Positions 24,170-35,800 of a stretch of 64,000 nt of DNA are shown here, piece by piece. Each line of letters opens with the position of its first letter. The stretch's first letter is position 1. The notes under the pieces are model-generated. The model worked only from the letters and a program-made list of their open reading frames with translations. It was not told the origin of the DNA and searched no databases. Made by a program: the position numbers and the translations under genes. This DNA is from Epithemia pelagica (lineage: Eukaryota; Protista; Bacillariophyta), in contig OX337228.1 of the NCBI GenBank assembly GCA_946965045.2, positions 4,836,001 to 4,900,000 of the forward strand, given 5' to 3'.

Positions 24170-27100
24170 ATGAGTTCTGCAGCACAATTCACAGCGGCCA
24201 AGGCCATGGGGCCACAGTCGCAACGATACGGAAATCAGTACTCTCGTTGGCCAAAGAAGAGTTGGAAGAAGCGTTCAGGTTGGAGAAAGATGGACCTTTT
24301 GGTCATCTTTGAGTCCGACATTGACTGCCCCATCTGCAGGGCCAAGGCAAGAGGAATGGCCATCCCTCATCGCCCTCACCACCCCAGATGCAGCAAAAAC
24401 ACAACAACAAGGGGCAAGGGAATGAACGATGGAAGAGGAGCAGAGGTAGTGGCCTCAGAAAAGGCCCAGGCTGCCCATGCCAAAGCAATCCGCAAGCAAC
24501 TTACCAGTGCAGAGAGATTGTCCGCCTCCAATGTCACACAGGAGGCACTCAACACTTTCATGGAGCATCGTCCAAATTGCTCGTCAAAAAAAGCAACGAC
24601 AAGAGACGCTGAAAATGAAAAAACACAATCAACTACGGAAACTACGGCAACGGAAAGTTCTACCGTTGGTGGCGAGGAAGGCGTGTATGTTCCAACAGCC
24701 GAAGATTTCAAGTTTGAGGTAATTATGCGTGTGACAGCAGTACCTACGGAGGTGCATGTCCCACGTGCTGTGCATGCGTTGGCGAGTTATGTGACCGACA
24801 CGTGCCTTGGTTCTAAGCGTTGTGTTGAGAATTTGAAACCTTTCTTCACTAATATTACCGTTACTGTACCCCCCATTGCCGACAACACGAGTGCTTTGTA
24901 CGACTCGATTGTGGGACAGGAACTCCTGGTTGTTGATTGGGAGCTGTTTTTCCCCAGTCACCACTTGCGTTGTCCTCGTTGCCGGGGTAATCTCCAGCGT
25001 ACGCGATCGAACTTTTCAAAAAACAAGTCCCTTTTCCCCATTTTCGCCATGTCTGGTCCCCCAAAGTATGCAATACTTATGGGATACAAGTGTGCCGGGT
25101 GCTCGGCTGCCTTCTATGCGAATGATGGAGAATTGCTCGCACGACTGCCTCCCTACATGGCTATGTGTTACCCAGTGGAATCCAAGTATGCTAGAGGAAC
25201 ATTGCATCTAGCTAAAGATGCTACAAGGATTATGGAAGCATCAATGGTAACCTATGGCAATGGGGATTACATCAGTCGGATGCTATATGAAGGAATCAAC
25301 ACCTACTATGAAGACAAGACAATGAGATACTATTCTTATTGTGCTGCTACAGGAAAAGAATCAGAAGACTACGTGCAAAAGGATGGTGAGTTTCTGGTTC
25401 GCTACCCACCTTTAGGCGAGACAATCCGCCAGCTATATGATGATGGAGCTAGCTCCGAATGGCAACCCTGGATGGTGTCGGACAAGGAGAGAAACACAAG
25501 AGAGATTCAAGGGGTTAGATGCCAGCACATTTTTGCTCACGACCACACCCACCAGGTAGTGAAAAATTATCCAAGACGCCTCAATGCAGCTGCAATGTGG
25601 ACCATGGCAACAGAGGCAGGAGAAATTGCTTGTGCAGTGTTAGTGCACGACACATCAGCACTCGAGTTTGCACATGCTGCGGAACAAGTGCTGAGACGTA
25701 CCGGGTTTTGCCCCAAGGCCATGTACTCTGACACATGGCCTTGTGGCAAGGATTTTTGGTTGTTGTTGGTTGATGACTTGGAGGGCCGTCTTGGCCTTTT
25801 CCATTTCATACAGAGGATCACCAAGACGCTCAGACAACGGCACATTGACTTTGGGATAGCCATGAAGGATTTGTTGGATGCAATCTACGAGTACCATCCT
25901 GAAGACTTGGAGAAACTTGTTGGTTCTTTGAAAAATGGAACCATGTCAAGCTCCAAGAAACAATACACAGACGAAGAGATCAGTGAAATGATGGGAACAA
26001 AGACCTTTCGACAGAGGTACTCAAAGAACTTACGGAAGATCATTCGGGGTGGCGATACGATTGTCCTCAAGTTGGAGGAGTGGAAGTGCAAATACAAGTG
26101 CACTTCCACTCCTGGCAAGCCACCAGCACGAGGCAGATTGGATCCACACTCCAATCAACCTCTTTTTACGGCCGAAACACATCAAGCACTGGAAAACTGT
26201 AAAGAGAAGGCAAAGTTCCTTGCTGATCCCTTGCCCGTGGAGAAAATGTATCGTGAGATACCTCCATCACCAAGATCAAGCAACCAGCTGGTGGAGTACG
26301 TACCTTTGAGAGGAGAGAGTAAGCTCGAGAGCTTTCATGACAATTTGACGCATTTTGCCAACTGTGGCATGCGAGAAACTCTCGCAGATGCTTTGAATTT
26401 GGCAGGCACGGCCCAGTATAACAGGGCAATTCGTCACAAGATGAGAATCATGACGAAGTCTCAAGAAGAACGTTCAGTGGTGCCTGCAGGATGGGAAATG
26501 GTGGTGAGTTTTGGTAACGCATGCAAAACAAACATGATCAATATACTTGCCTCGATGTCTGGAGCTTCTCGTCCTCCCTTTCCAGAGGTTGAGAAGCTTC
26601 CAGAAGATACGGGAGAACGGTTTTTCTCCGAGTACCTGGAAACGAGAAAAGAAATCACGCAACAAGTTCCAAAGCATCCACTCAACGATCGATGCCAGTG
26701 CCGAAAATGTGCAAACAACAAGAAGAGGTTGCCGCATGACACGTCCATTCCATTGTTGGGTTTGGCAGAGGAGGAGTCAGAGGTCGAAGATGAAATCCAA
26801 CAACAGGACAGCGAGGAGAATCCAGCCAAAATACAACAACCACAGACACAGCCAGAAACACAACAACAGACACGGCAAGAAACACAACAACAGACACAAC
26901 AACAAGAAACAGCACAAGCACAGGCAATCAGTAGCAATAAGAGAAAGGAAAGAGAGGGAGAAGAAAAAGAGAGCGACGATTTGGATGAGAACAACACCAG
27001 CAACAAAAAGCAAAAGGTTACAAACAACAGCGAAGCCTTACCAACAACAACGATGGCAGCAACAAATCAATCAGCAGCGACAGTGCAGGATCAACAACAA

Positions 27101-27502
27101 CAACACAAAGAGCCTCAAAATGCAGCAAACAGCACACCTGCAATGGCAACAACAGCAAATGAGTTGGTGGTACTGCAATCGACAACAACAACAACGACAA
27201 CAAGACAGAAAAACCAACCTGTCAACCCGTACAAGCAAAATCAGCAACGGCCAACAACACTCCCCGATCAACAGCAATACCCCTTTGCATTCAACAGCAA
27301 TCCCCATGGCTGGGGTGGTCTTCAATCCGTCCCGAGATGCATGCCCACCTTTCCTCCCTTCGGACCACCACCTCGTGTCCAGACCCAGTTCTGTTGCGTC
27401 AAGTACATGAAGTACTGCGTAGAACGAGGGAAAGGACGTCCACCCCATGACCGACGCTGCCCCAAACGAGCCTTGAACAAGGCACCATCTTCATTCTCTT
27501 GA
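24170..27502 (+). CDS. DDE-type transposase-like protein with Cys/His zinc-finger motifs, 1110 aa
   Basis: Candidate triad D458 (HDHT), D521 (MYSDTWP), E720 (RGESKLESFH), with GLFH545 at the C/D-x2-H position of Mutator/hAT/P/Kolobok-type enzymes. Cys motifs CPICR..HHPRC, CPRCR..YKCAGC, CQCRKC and a C-terminal FCC..HDRRC; Q/T-rich tail. Confidence 0.72.
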   Translation: MSSAAQFTAAKAMGPQSQRYGNQYSRWPKKSWKKRSGWRKMDLLVIFESDIDCPICRAKARGMAIPHRPHHPRCSKNTTTRGKGMNDGRGAEVVASEKAQAAHAKAIRKQLTSAERLSASNVTQEALNTFMEHRPNCSSKKATTRDAENEKTQSTTETTATESSTVGGEEGVYVPTAEDFKFEVIMRVTAVPTEVHVPRAVHALASYVTDTCLGSKRCVENLKPFFTNITVTVPPIADNTSALYDSIVGQELLVVDWELFFPSHHLRCPRCRGNLQRTRSNFSKNKSLFPIFAMSGPPKYAILMGYKCAGCSAAFYANDGELLARLPPYMAMCYPVESKYARGTLHLAKDATRIMEASMVTYGNGDYISRMLYEGINTYYEDKTMRYYSYCAATGKESEDYVQKDGEFLVRYPPLGETIRQLYDDGASSEWQPWMVSDKERNTREIQGVRCQHIFAHDHTHQVVKNYPRRLNAAAMWTMATEAGEIACAVLVHDTSALEFAHAAEQVLRRTGFCPKAMYSDTWPCGKDFWLLLVDDLEGRLGLFHFIQRITKTLRQRHIDFGIAMKDLLDAIYEYHPEDLEKLVGSLKNGTMSSSKKQYTDEEISEMMGTKTFRQRYSKNLRKIIRGGDTIVLKLEEWKCKYKCTSTPGKPPARGRLDPHSNQPLFTAETHQALENCKEKAKFLADPLPVEKMYREIPPSPRSSNQLVEYVPLRGESKLESFHDNLTHFANCGMRETLADALNLAGTAQYNRAIRHKMRIMTKSQEERSVVPAGWEMVVSFGNACKTNMINILASMSGASRPPFPEVEKLPEDTGERFFSEYLETRKEITQQVPKHPLNDRCQCRKCANNKKRLPHDTSIPLLGLAEEESEVEDEIQQQDSEENPAKIQQPQTQPETQQQTRQETQQQTQQQETAQAQAISSNKRKEREGEEKESDDLDENNTSNKKQKVTNNSEALPTTTMAATNQSAATVQDQQQQHKEPQNAANSTPAMATTANELVVLQSTTTTTTTRQKNQPVNPYKQNQQRPTTLPDQQQYPFAFNSNPHGWGGLQSVPRCMPTFPPFGPPPRVQTQFCCVKYMKYCVERGKGRPPHDRRCPKRALNKAPSSFS
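26830..26915 (+). repeat. Imperfect coding minisatellite (GAAACACAACAACAGACAC-like units) encoding ETQQQT repeats
   Basis: Directly visible as QQPQTQPETQQQTRQETQQQTQQQETAQ, within a CAA-rich low-complexity region extending to ~27250. Confidence 0.7.
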
Positions 27503-27894
27503 TTGACCTGAATACCTGCATGACAAACAACAAAAAGAAAAATTCGTAGTGAGTAACATCGTAGCAAAAAGAATTATGACAAGATCTTGTGCGAGGTGCA
27601 AGCAGTTCCGATTGTGATGCGAAGCACAGACTGGATACGCCTCATCACATGCTACGTAGAACCACGTGAAAGGTCATCGGATGGTCGGGAGGATTGTACC
27701 AGTGTAGAATGTCGTTTCAATAACAAAAAGGTGCTGAAACGACATGAAGGGCTTAATCGTTTTGGAGGGGAAGTGCCTTCTCCCCTCTGAGGGAAGCTTG
27801 GAGCTTCCTAGAACATTTCATACGTCAGAGGAAACAAACGTGAGACTGCGAGCAATACGAGGATCGATTTCATGAAGGAATCTGACTTACGGAA

Positions 27895-27958
27895 TCTCCT
27901 TCTTCTCTCCTTCTCTCTCCCCCTCCTCTCCCCCTCTCCTCTGCCTTCTCCCCCCCTA
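27895..27958 (+). repeat. Polypyrimidine (CT/CCT) low-complexity tract
   Basis: Almost pure C/T run ctccttcttctctccttctctctccccctcctctccccctctcctctgccttctcccccc upstream of the gamma-CA-like gene. Confidence 0.8.
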
Positions 27959-28140
27959 TTTTCGGTGTGGGGTGGTGAGCGGAGGCGTGCTTCTGAGCGG
28001 CATCTGGGACGCCGGGGATTGGTTCGTTTGACGTTTGTGGGTGTGGCCGAAGGACGAAGTTGATGGTTTGACCATACGCCTCTGTATGGGAGACTACGAC
28101 CTTTTATTGTCTGTTTGTGCTCTTTCGTTTCTCAGCTAGA

Positions 28141-29195
28141 ATGACTTCACTCGTTGCCCGGTTCTCTGCCGGTTTTGCGTCGGTCCTCCGAAGAACAGGG
28201 TGAGTTGATTGGCTTTCATCTGATGTCCCCAGCATCCAGGGACCGATGATTCATCGAAGAAATTCTTTTGATGTATCCTGTTTCCTGGTATGGTTCTTTG
28301 TGAAGGCTTGATCTCATAAATCAGTGATTCTGTCGTTTACCTTCTCTCTGTCAGGGCTGCGTTGGACACGTGGGGGAAAGGAATGGAAGTAGCCAAACGG
28401 CCAGAGACTCTAATTCCGTCAACTCGGTTTGTTGCGGTGGATAGAGCATCTCCTGAAGTATCAGAGGAATGCTTCGTGGCCCCATCAGCTTCTGTTATTG
28501 GCGATGTGCATATTGGAAAACATACAAGGTACGAACTCAAGCCGGGTAGTTTGTATCCTTGAATCTGGTGACTAACATTGTAGGAGTTCAGTGTGTGGTA
28601 CGGCGCTATTGTTCGAGGTGATGTAAACACAGTAAAGATTGGTGAAGGTTGTTCCATTGGAGATCGTGCTGTCGTTCATGTTGCCAAAATTCAGGGTGAT
28701 TTCCCTACTCACATCGGTAACCATGTCACAGTTGAGGCTGGTGCATTGATCCATGCAGCAACGCTGGAAGATGGTGTAGTTGTTGGAGAATCGGCACAAA
28801 TTCTCGATGGCGCGTTAGTAAAGGCAAATTCCATGATTGCGCCCGGATCTGTTGTTACCTCTGGGACAGCGACTCAGGAAGGAGAACTATGGGGTGGTGC
28901 ACCAGCTGTGAAAATTCGTCCTTTGACCTCTGAGGAAATTGCCCAGGCCAAAGCCACGGCGTTTGAAACCATTCAACTAGCTTCCATGCACGAGGATGAA
29001 CTTTCTAAGGACTACAAGCAGGTTGTGGAAGAAGAGGAAGAAGAAGATGTCATGGTACATATGGAAGATCCAGCCGTGCCGAAGCCTGAACCTGTAGAGA
29101 GCACCGACGTCCTTGGCCAAGGGGCCCCCGGACAGATCTTCCGAAGTACCCTGTCTCATCCTCATTTGAAGAAATACGATGACGAGAAATCGTAG
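28141..29195 (+). CDS. Gamma carbonic anhydrase-like protein, mitochondrial complex I CA-module type (exons 28141-28199, 28355-28528, 28592-29195; ~278 aa)
   Basis: Hexapeptide repeats FVAPSASVIGDVHIG..SVWYGAIVRGDVNTVKIG and presequence MTSLVARFSAGFASVLRRTG. Both GT-AG introns restore the frame. Confidence 0.9.
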
Positions 29196-29412
29196 ACATC
29201 TACACATCAGATATTCATGTAAAATCCTTAATTTCTCAAACACAAAGGATTATGAATACTAGTTTCAGTGCCGTTCGATAAAAAGGACCCGGTGAGATGC
29301 GTATTCCAAACGACTCAACCACAGGTACAAGCCAGTTCAGAGAGGTAAGGGCACGGTGTGTATTGAGTGCTCCCCGTTTGAGATAGGACGACTCGAATAT
29401 TCGTAACTAATT

Positions 29413-29923
29413 TTACTTGCGTCGAAGACCAAACTGATTCTTGTATTCCTCTCGAGCCGCGCGTTCCAATTCTGCGTCCACTCGACCACTCTGTGGATCG
29501 GTTCCTAAGGGGCGTCGAAAAAGCAGAATGTGGGGCTCTGGTCTGCGATTGTCGAGGTCGAAACAAATACTGATATGAGAATGACATCTGGAGGCCTGCT
29601 TAAGATGGCCGAACTACTCACCGATGAATTGCATAATGCTGCCATCCACGGCTTTGCTGAACCCCAATTCCCCTCCATTCAGACTCCGTCAACAAACGTG
29701 ACTTCGGAAGAGTTTTCGCAAGTTCCTTTGGCAAGATCACATGTCTGTTCGTATGCAACATTAGAACGTAAGAACAAAAAATGATGAAAATGTCACAACG
29801 GAGGACGATTCTTATGAAAGTCGCCTCGAAATCTTGCTGCCGTCAAACCAAAATTTATTCTCACCTGTATTCGTTCACATCGTCAGCATATTTTTCACTG
29901 TATTCAATTCGAGAGGCGCTCAT
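29413..29923 (-). CDS. CKS1: Cyclin-dependent kinase regulatory subunit (exons 29923-29865, 29744-29622, 29542-29413; 103 aa)
   Basis: Spliced product [74 protein letters not shown]... is the canonical CKS1/Suc1 signature, with GTGAG donors and CAG acceptors. Confidence 0.97.
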
Positions 29924-30238
29924 CGTCTAGAATTCACTCAAGCAGAAGCACACAGGACAAAGATGGGGAGAAGCAAGAAAGTGTGAGAGAGGAGATGCAC
30001 CGTCCGCCACGAACAGCGTTTTGTACCGGGAAGGTCGCCAGCCGACCGCCATGATGGAGCATGCAGCGCGCGGCGTGACACAATTGATGGGCGGGCGGGC
30101 GGAACCGACGGACTCGGGGCTGACTTGGGGCTCGGGGAAATGTTTTGGCTTCGGGGTTGAGGGTTTGGGGGAGCATCGAGTGTCTTCGCGAAGTCAAGCA
30201 ATGACCGTAACAGAATAAACCAACCGAAAAGATAAAAC

Positions 30239-31388
30239 ATGGATCTTGACAGTTCACTCACCGCCTTCATGGCGTGGTTAAAGGAAGATGTTGTTCGTCC
30301 CATTATCATCTTGGCATGTGGTCTTCTTCTTCTCAATCTTCCAACTTTGATACACAAGATACGGATGTTCGCTAAAGGTTTCTTGTATTTTTTTCTTTGC
30401 TGGGACAAATCGTGGAAGAAGCCGAAAGATCCTGGCTCCATCTTTGGTCCACATCTCAGCCAAGGCCTCCCAGTTGAACGCAAGACTGTGTACTTTGTGC
30501 GCCACGCCGAATCCACTTGGAACGACACTTTCAACAAAGGCAAGCATAGATCTGCAATTCGATTCGCCATTGGATTTTTCCCCGGCCTGATCAAGGCAGT
30601 TTTGTATGAAATATATCTTCTGTTCTCTGGGAAAATGGACAGGTGCGTTCCACTGCTAGGATAAGGTCTGATTACTTCCACAGCTCACTTGAGATCTTGC
30701 ACACAGCTGGTTCTATGATTCGCCCATTTCAAATTTGGGGCTTTCGCAGGCTGAGGAGCTGGCAACGTTTTTAAGAGAGAAACCTCTGGATGGACCCGAA
30801 GCTGTCCACATTAAGCTCTTGCGTGGTGACCCTGGTTCGCCGCATTCAAAGATTGTTTGTTCTTCTCTCCGTCGGGCAGTGTCTACCTTTGTTGTTGGTT
30901 TCCGCGATCGCCTCGGCCGTCGACCTGAGGACAAGATCCTCGTGATCCCTCCTCTGCAAGAAATCAGCAGAAATCCAGATACGCTGTCCATTACTCCAGC
31001 TCATTCCACAATTCAGGCATCTTGGATTGAGAAATCTTCTAAAGTTGTTGATTTCCAGCACTTGTTCGACACCCAGATGGACATGAGTGAGCATACTGGG
31101 AACAAACCTCTGAACACTAACGGGTTGAAGAGAATGAATGACTTTTGTGAATACGTGTTCTCCTCTGCCCATAATGAGGACTACTTCATTGCTTGTGGAC
31201 ACTCGATCTGGTTTCGCTCCTTCTTCCGTATGTTCTTGCCCTACAGCGTGCATCATCCATCAAAAGATAAGAAAATTGTGAATTGCGGAATCATCGTTTG
31301 TGAATTGATGAAAGCAGAGACACGTCAAGGTCCAAAATTCATGGTGGATCCCAAGACCATTCAGGTCGTCTATGGAGGATATTCTTAG
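30239..31388 (+). CDS. Histidine phosphatase (phosphoglycerate mutase-like) superfamily protein with N-terminal TM segment (exons 30239-30642, 30707-31388)
   Basis: VYFVRHAESTWN (RH[G/A] motif), SPISNLGLSQA, SSLRRAVST and IACGHSIWF. Intron GTGCGT..CAG keeps the frame. Confidence 0.88.
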
Positions 31389-31787
31389 ATACTCCTACAA
31401 AATAACATGTTGTAGCTATCGTTGTGGCTGTAGATCCATGAAATGCTCCATCATGAGACAGACCAAGGCCCATGTTATAGTGGACACGTAGATCATTAAG
31501 GTCGTATGTGGATAAATTTAGTAGTACAAATGAAAAGGTCGCTGCAATCGCAGTGCTGTCGATCGTCGATCTATACCAACATGCGACTCACCAAGGTCAA
31601 AAGTACATAGTGGACCAATTCAAAGCCCATAAAAAGGTAGAATCTATGCTTGTGACTTAAGATGAATGCTCAAAGATAAAAAATGTACCAGGCGCAGAAC
31701 CACCATTTGGCCGTGGCGTCAAGAGGGCTGGAAGCTGGAAGTGGTGCACAATTAGGGTGTCGAGTCCGTGAGAGAACTACGACATAC

Positions 31788-32373
31788 CTAGTGTTGATCT
31801 TCTTTCTCCTCTATCCAATTTCCACCATGGGAATCATTGAGGCCACCACCTCTTCTCTTCAATGCTTCCTTCAAACAAGGCGTTAGAGTTGGATGTTGGG
31901 CGCGACGCAACGAGTCATACTGATCTCACCTGAAGAGTAGTCCTCCTGAACAATCGGTTTCGTTCTCTGCCCAAAAGTTCTTCTTGTACTTGAGCTTGCA
32001 ACTGATTCTCGTGGCCAACCTCGTTCTCGTCCAATGAAGGAATAGGCTCTGGTTCCCTGGCTCCACGTCGAAAAATTGGGTGGAGCTGATGGACTTCATT
32101 TTTACCTCTGGTGGTCGAAAGAATCAAAGATCCGAGAGCTCCACCACCCATAGTCCAAGCCATTGCCGTGTTGCGATTCAGTGTAGACAGGGGAGGTTTT
32201 CGATAGACGGAGCGTCCTAGAGCACTTAAAGCCATGTGTAGGATGAGACCGGTGGCAGAACCCACCGCCATGCCGTAGAAACCATCGACCCAGATGTCAC
32301 GTCGGACTTCACTGATGGTTCTAATGTCCTCTTTAGAAAGAGTATCTGGAGGATGAAACGACCGAGACATCAT
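31788..32373 (-). CDS. Hypothetical small membrane protein (exons 32373-31930, 31868-31788; ~174 aa)
   Basis: Two glycine-rich hydrophobic segments (FYGMAVGSATGLILHMAL; AMAWTMGGGALGSLIL). A CAG|GTGAGA donor precedes the track stop; the second exon is inferred. Confidence 0.7.
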
Positions 32374-32835
32374 AAACTGTCTTGTAAGGTATCGTCACCA
32401 AGGCCAAGGAGAATTATGTTGATTGTCTTTGTCGCCCTGTTCTTTCTTGATGACACATGGGGACTGATTTGGTGCTGCTGAAACATGAAGGATATTTAGC
32501 TGATTCTTTTATCTCTTGCTACTAGTTGCTAGCTATGAGCAAAGACTATCAGTATACAGTTTGTGGCATCGTAAACACGATGATACTCTTGCTTAGAATT
32601 AGACGTGATCTACTCATCATCTAAATATTATTAGCTTCATGCTTGACGACAGAACCAGCACAGAGCACAACGATTGAAGATCTTTTCGACATCTACACGC
32701 TACACCTACAACACACGGCACCCGCTTCGCTTCGAACTATCTTCTATTGAAATCATCATCGACCAAAGGTCTTCGCTCACTCTTGCGTTAACAACTGTCG
32801 ACTTTGCGAACACAAAATCACAGTCTGAATGAGCA

Positions 32836-35800
32836 ATGATCGGCAACCATGAACGAGCATTCTTTTGCTACTCAATCTGCCTTCTTTTCCTTGTACTGAT
32901 CCCATGTTCTATTGGCTTCACGTACTCTCCCGCGTCGACGAAGCATTCGTATGTCCCTTCCCCTTTGACCTGGCAACAAAGCTCAAATGAGCAAAGAATA
33001 TATCCTTCAAGAACACAATGTGTTGGAAGGCTGAATCATCGCCAGGTCACAACTCAGTCTCTAGATGATGCTGCGACGCGACGCTTGTCGAGGAATTTCT
33101 TTCAGGTTCATCCTGGCTGTCGCAGACTGTCTTCACTGAAATCATGGCGTGTTGAAGACAATGATGGGAAAAGCAGTGATTCTACAGAAGACGATGACCG
33201 CGATCGTGCCGTTAGTGATCGAGTTCGTGGCTGGTTCAGATCGTCATCATCTAGCACTAACAACGATGATGGGGGTCGTCCTGTCAAGGCAAAAATTGAG
33301 GGGTTGTTCTCTGGAATGCCTAGTATTGATGAGATGTTTGGTCAGGACGAAGACAGTGACGCCGCAAATTCAGCCAAGGAAACTGGAAGAGGGGAGAAGA
33401 GACGAAAGCCCGTCGCCGACTGGGGCTGGTTTGAAGCAGAACGACAGTCAATCATCCAGAGTTACGACAATATACTTTCCGAAATGTTAGTAAAGCTTGA
33501 CAATCAACGAAAGACCGAACCAGATTCGGTTCCGGAGAATGCGGAGGGAATGGTTAAAAGCATTCTGAAACAGGAAATGGAAACCGAAATTGAAGAGACT
33601 AGGGAACGAATGGCAAGAGATCGATTCGAATCGTACGAGAGTGAACAACGAGCCGAAGTAGAGACGAAGGATGTCTCTGGTGATATCACCGATTCGCGAG
33701 TACGAAGGTTGATCGACGAAGGGGAAGCAGAGTATAGCCGGCAACTAGAAGCACAGGTTCAGTTAGACGAATTCCTTCGTTACGAAGAAGATGCATTTCG
33801 AAAAGCTACGGAAGAAGCAGAAAAGAATATAGTGAAACCCGAACGCAATGCAGACCTTGATAAGTGGGCCTTGGAAAGAATCGAAGAGATGGCTTCGAAA
33901 CAAGAAGCATTGGGTGCCGACGATGCTGTTCTTGATATACTTGAGGAGACTTTGGAGGACTTACGTGACCGAATGGACAAGGAATCAACCAAAATGCCGC
34001 AACAACCAGAAACAATGAAAGAATGGCAGATATACAGAGCAATTGCTACCCGGCTGGGTGCGACTGTTGAACAAGACGGCAGTATTGTTTCTGGTGTGGA
34101 TGAAGACTCGGATGTCACTTATGGGGAAGTTTTAAGGAGGCTTCAAGCCTGGAAAGAGTACGATGAAAAGGAAGCTGACATCAGACAGAAAGGAGGACTT
34201 TCGCGCGGTCCGAAGTTGCCTTTTGAATGGCAAGAACTCGATGCTCCGTCGAATGAAGATACTCGTTTTTCTGTTGACGGAAAACAGCGAGTTGAGGCTA
34301 GAAAACAAATCAATCGAATGTCTATTGATGCTTTAGAAAGCATTTTGGAAAGAAGTGATTCTTCTCGTCGCGAGAAACTGAAAAATGAAATTGACTTCTT
34401 GAGAAGAGAGCTAGAATCCAGAGACTTCCTTGATATCGAAGAGCCAGCGGAGAGGGTTTCAGACCCACAAGGACCAGTGGACCTGTCCGACGTTTTCTTA
34501 TCTTTGGAAGAGGAAACTCCACCTCCAGCCAGTCCTCTTGTTGACCAGAGCCCGGCTCGTCAAACCACTCCACCTCCTCCTGTTGTGCAGCAGGTTGCGT
34601 CCGTCGAACTATCAAACCCAGTTCCTCGTCCGAGGACAGCTTTCTTTGCTGACGACGAGTTTGAGGAAAAGATGGAAGCAGCAGACACTGATAGCAAGCT
34701 TGGAACAATGGAAGATCAGAAACTTGAGGCGATGTATCGACGTGCGGGTGCTCGGACAAGAGCCGAACAGGAGCGAATACGGGCAGGGTACGAAGATTTT
34801 AAGCGCGTGGAGGAATCCAAACGAAATATTGCAGGACTGGATGAGGAAGATGAGGATGATTTAGCCCGTTCAACGTCGAAATACAATGTGTCAGATGTTT
34901 TGAAGGAAGGAGGGGACTTCGACGCCCAAAAGGTCTTGTCCGCCATCGGTCCTAGACCAACGAGAACACCAAAACCGAATGCTCTCGAGGAAACAAGAGG
35001 GGGGAAGGAAGATTCGTCTCTTACCTCAGATGTCGATGAACAAGAGGTGGTTTCGTCACTTTATCGTAGCGTGTCTGCTGCTGGAGGAGGGCGTTTCAAA
35101 GATGATCCTGAGGCGAAAGCTGAGGACAAAGCTAGATTCTCAGAATACATCGAAATGGAGAAAGAAATGCGAGAACAAGTTGAATCCATGTCTTCGGATC
35201 TTTTACAGTCATCATCATGGCAGTCTGACCTCGACGACGAAAACTATGTTGAGAAGTTATCACCACGACCAAAAACGCAGAAAGCCGAACAAATCGATGA
35301 ACGGTATCTAAGCGACACAGGGGCAGCTATACGTGAAGAATTAAATGACCAAGAGGACAAAGATGATCTTCAAGATGACAGTGAAAGAGACAGGGAGTCA
35401 TCACTGTCTAATCGCCGTACTTTCCTTCGAGGAGACGAGATCGAAGAAGCTTTCTCTGACGATGAATACGAGAGAAATATGCGCCAACTTGCGGAATATG
35501 AAAGAAGGCGTGCTGGGAAACCTCGTCAAATGGGTATTGATATCTCAGATATTTTTGAGCCTCGTCGAGACATCAGCAGCGATGATTATATGGACTATAA
35601 GTTTGAAGACCGTGGGCGACGATATGGGTGGGGTGGAGCGACGTACGAAGTTCGGAAACAGGAACTCATGGAATACACCGAGCTCGAAGTCCCTCTGTTG
35701 AATGCTCTTCTGGAACAGAAAGATGCTGTTTCGGTTACTGGCGTTTCACCGTACATGGCGAAAATCAATAAGCCGTTCAAAGCGTTCGGTGCTATCTTCC

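Larger units (their letters stand above)
23905..27745 (+). mobile_element. Putative class II DNA transposon (exact ends not resolved)
   Basis: A single intron-less transposase-like ORF bracketed by ATGTCGTTTCA-type motifs at 23905, 23938, 27709 and (inverted) 27735. No convincing TIR or TSD could be read by eye. Confidence 0.6.

Noticed and set aside
23820-27840. Terminal inverted repeats and target-site duplication for the transposon (e.g. GGGGTGTGGGCAC at left vs GTGCCTTCTCCCC at right; TTAA at ~27754)
   Set aside because: Matches are short and gapped, spacing to the 11-bp motif differs between ends, and no matching TTAA or other duplicated flank was found on the left.
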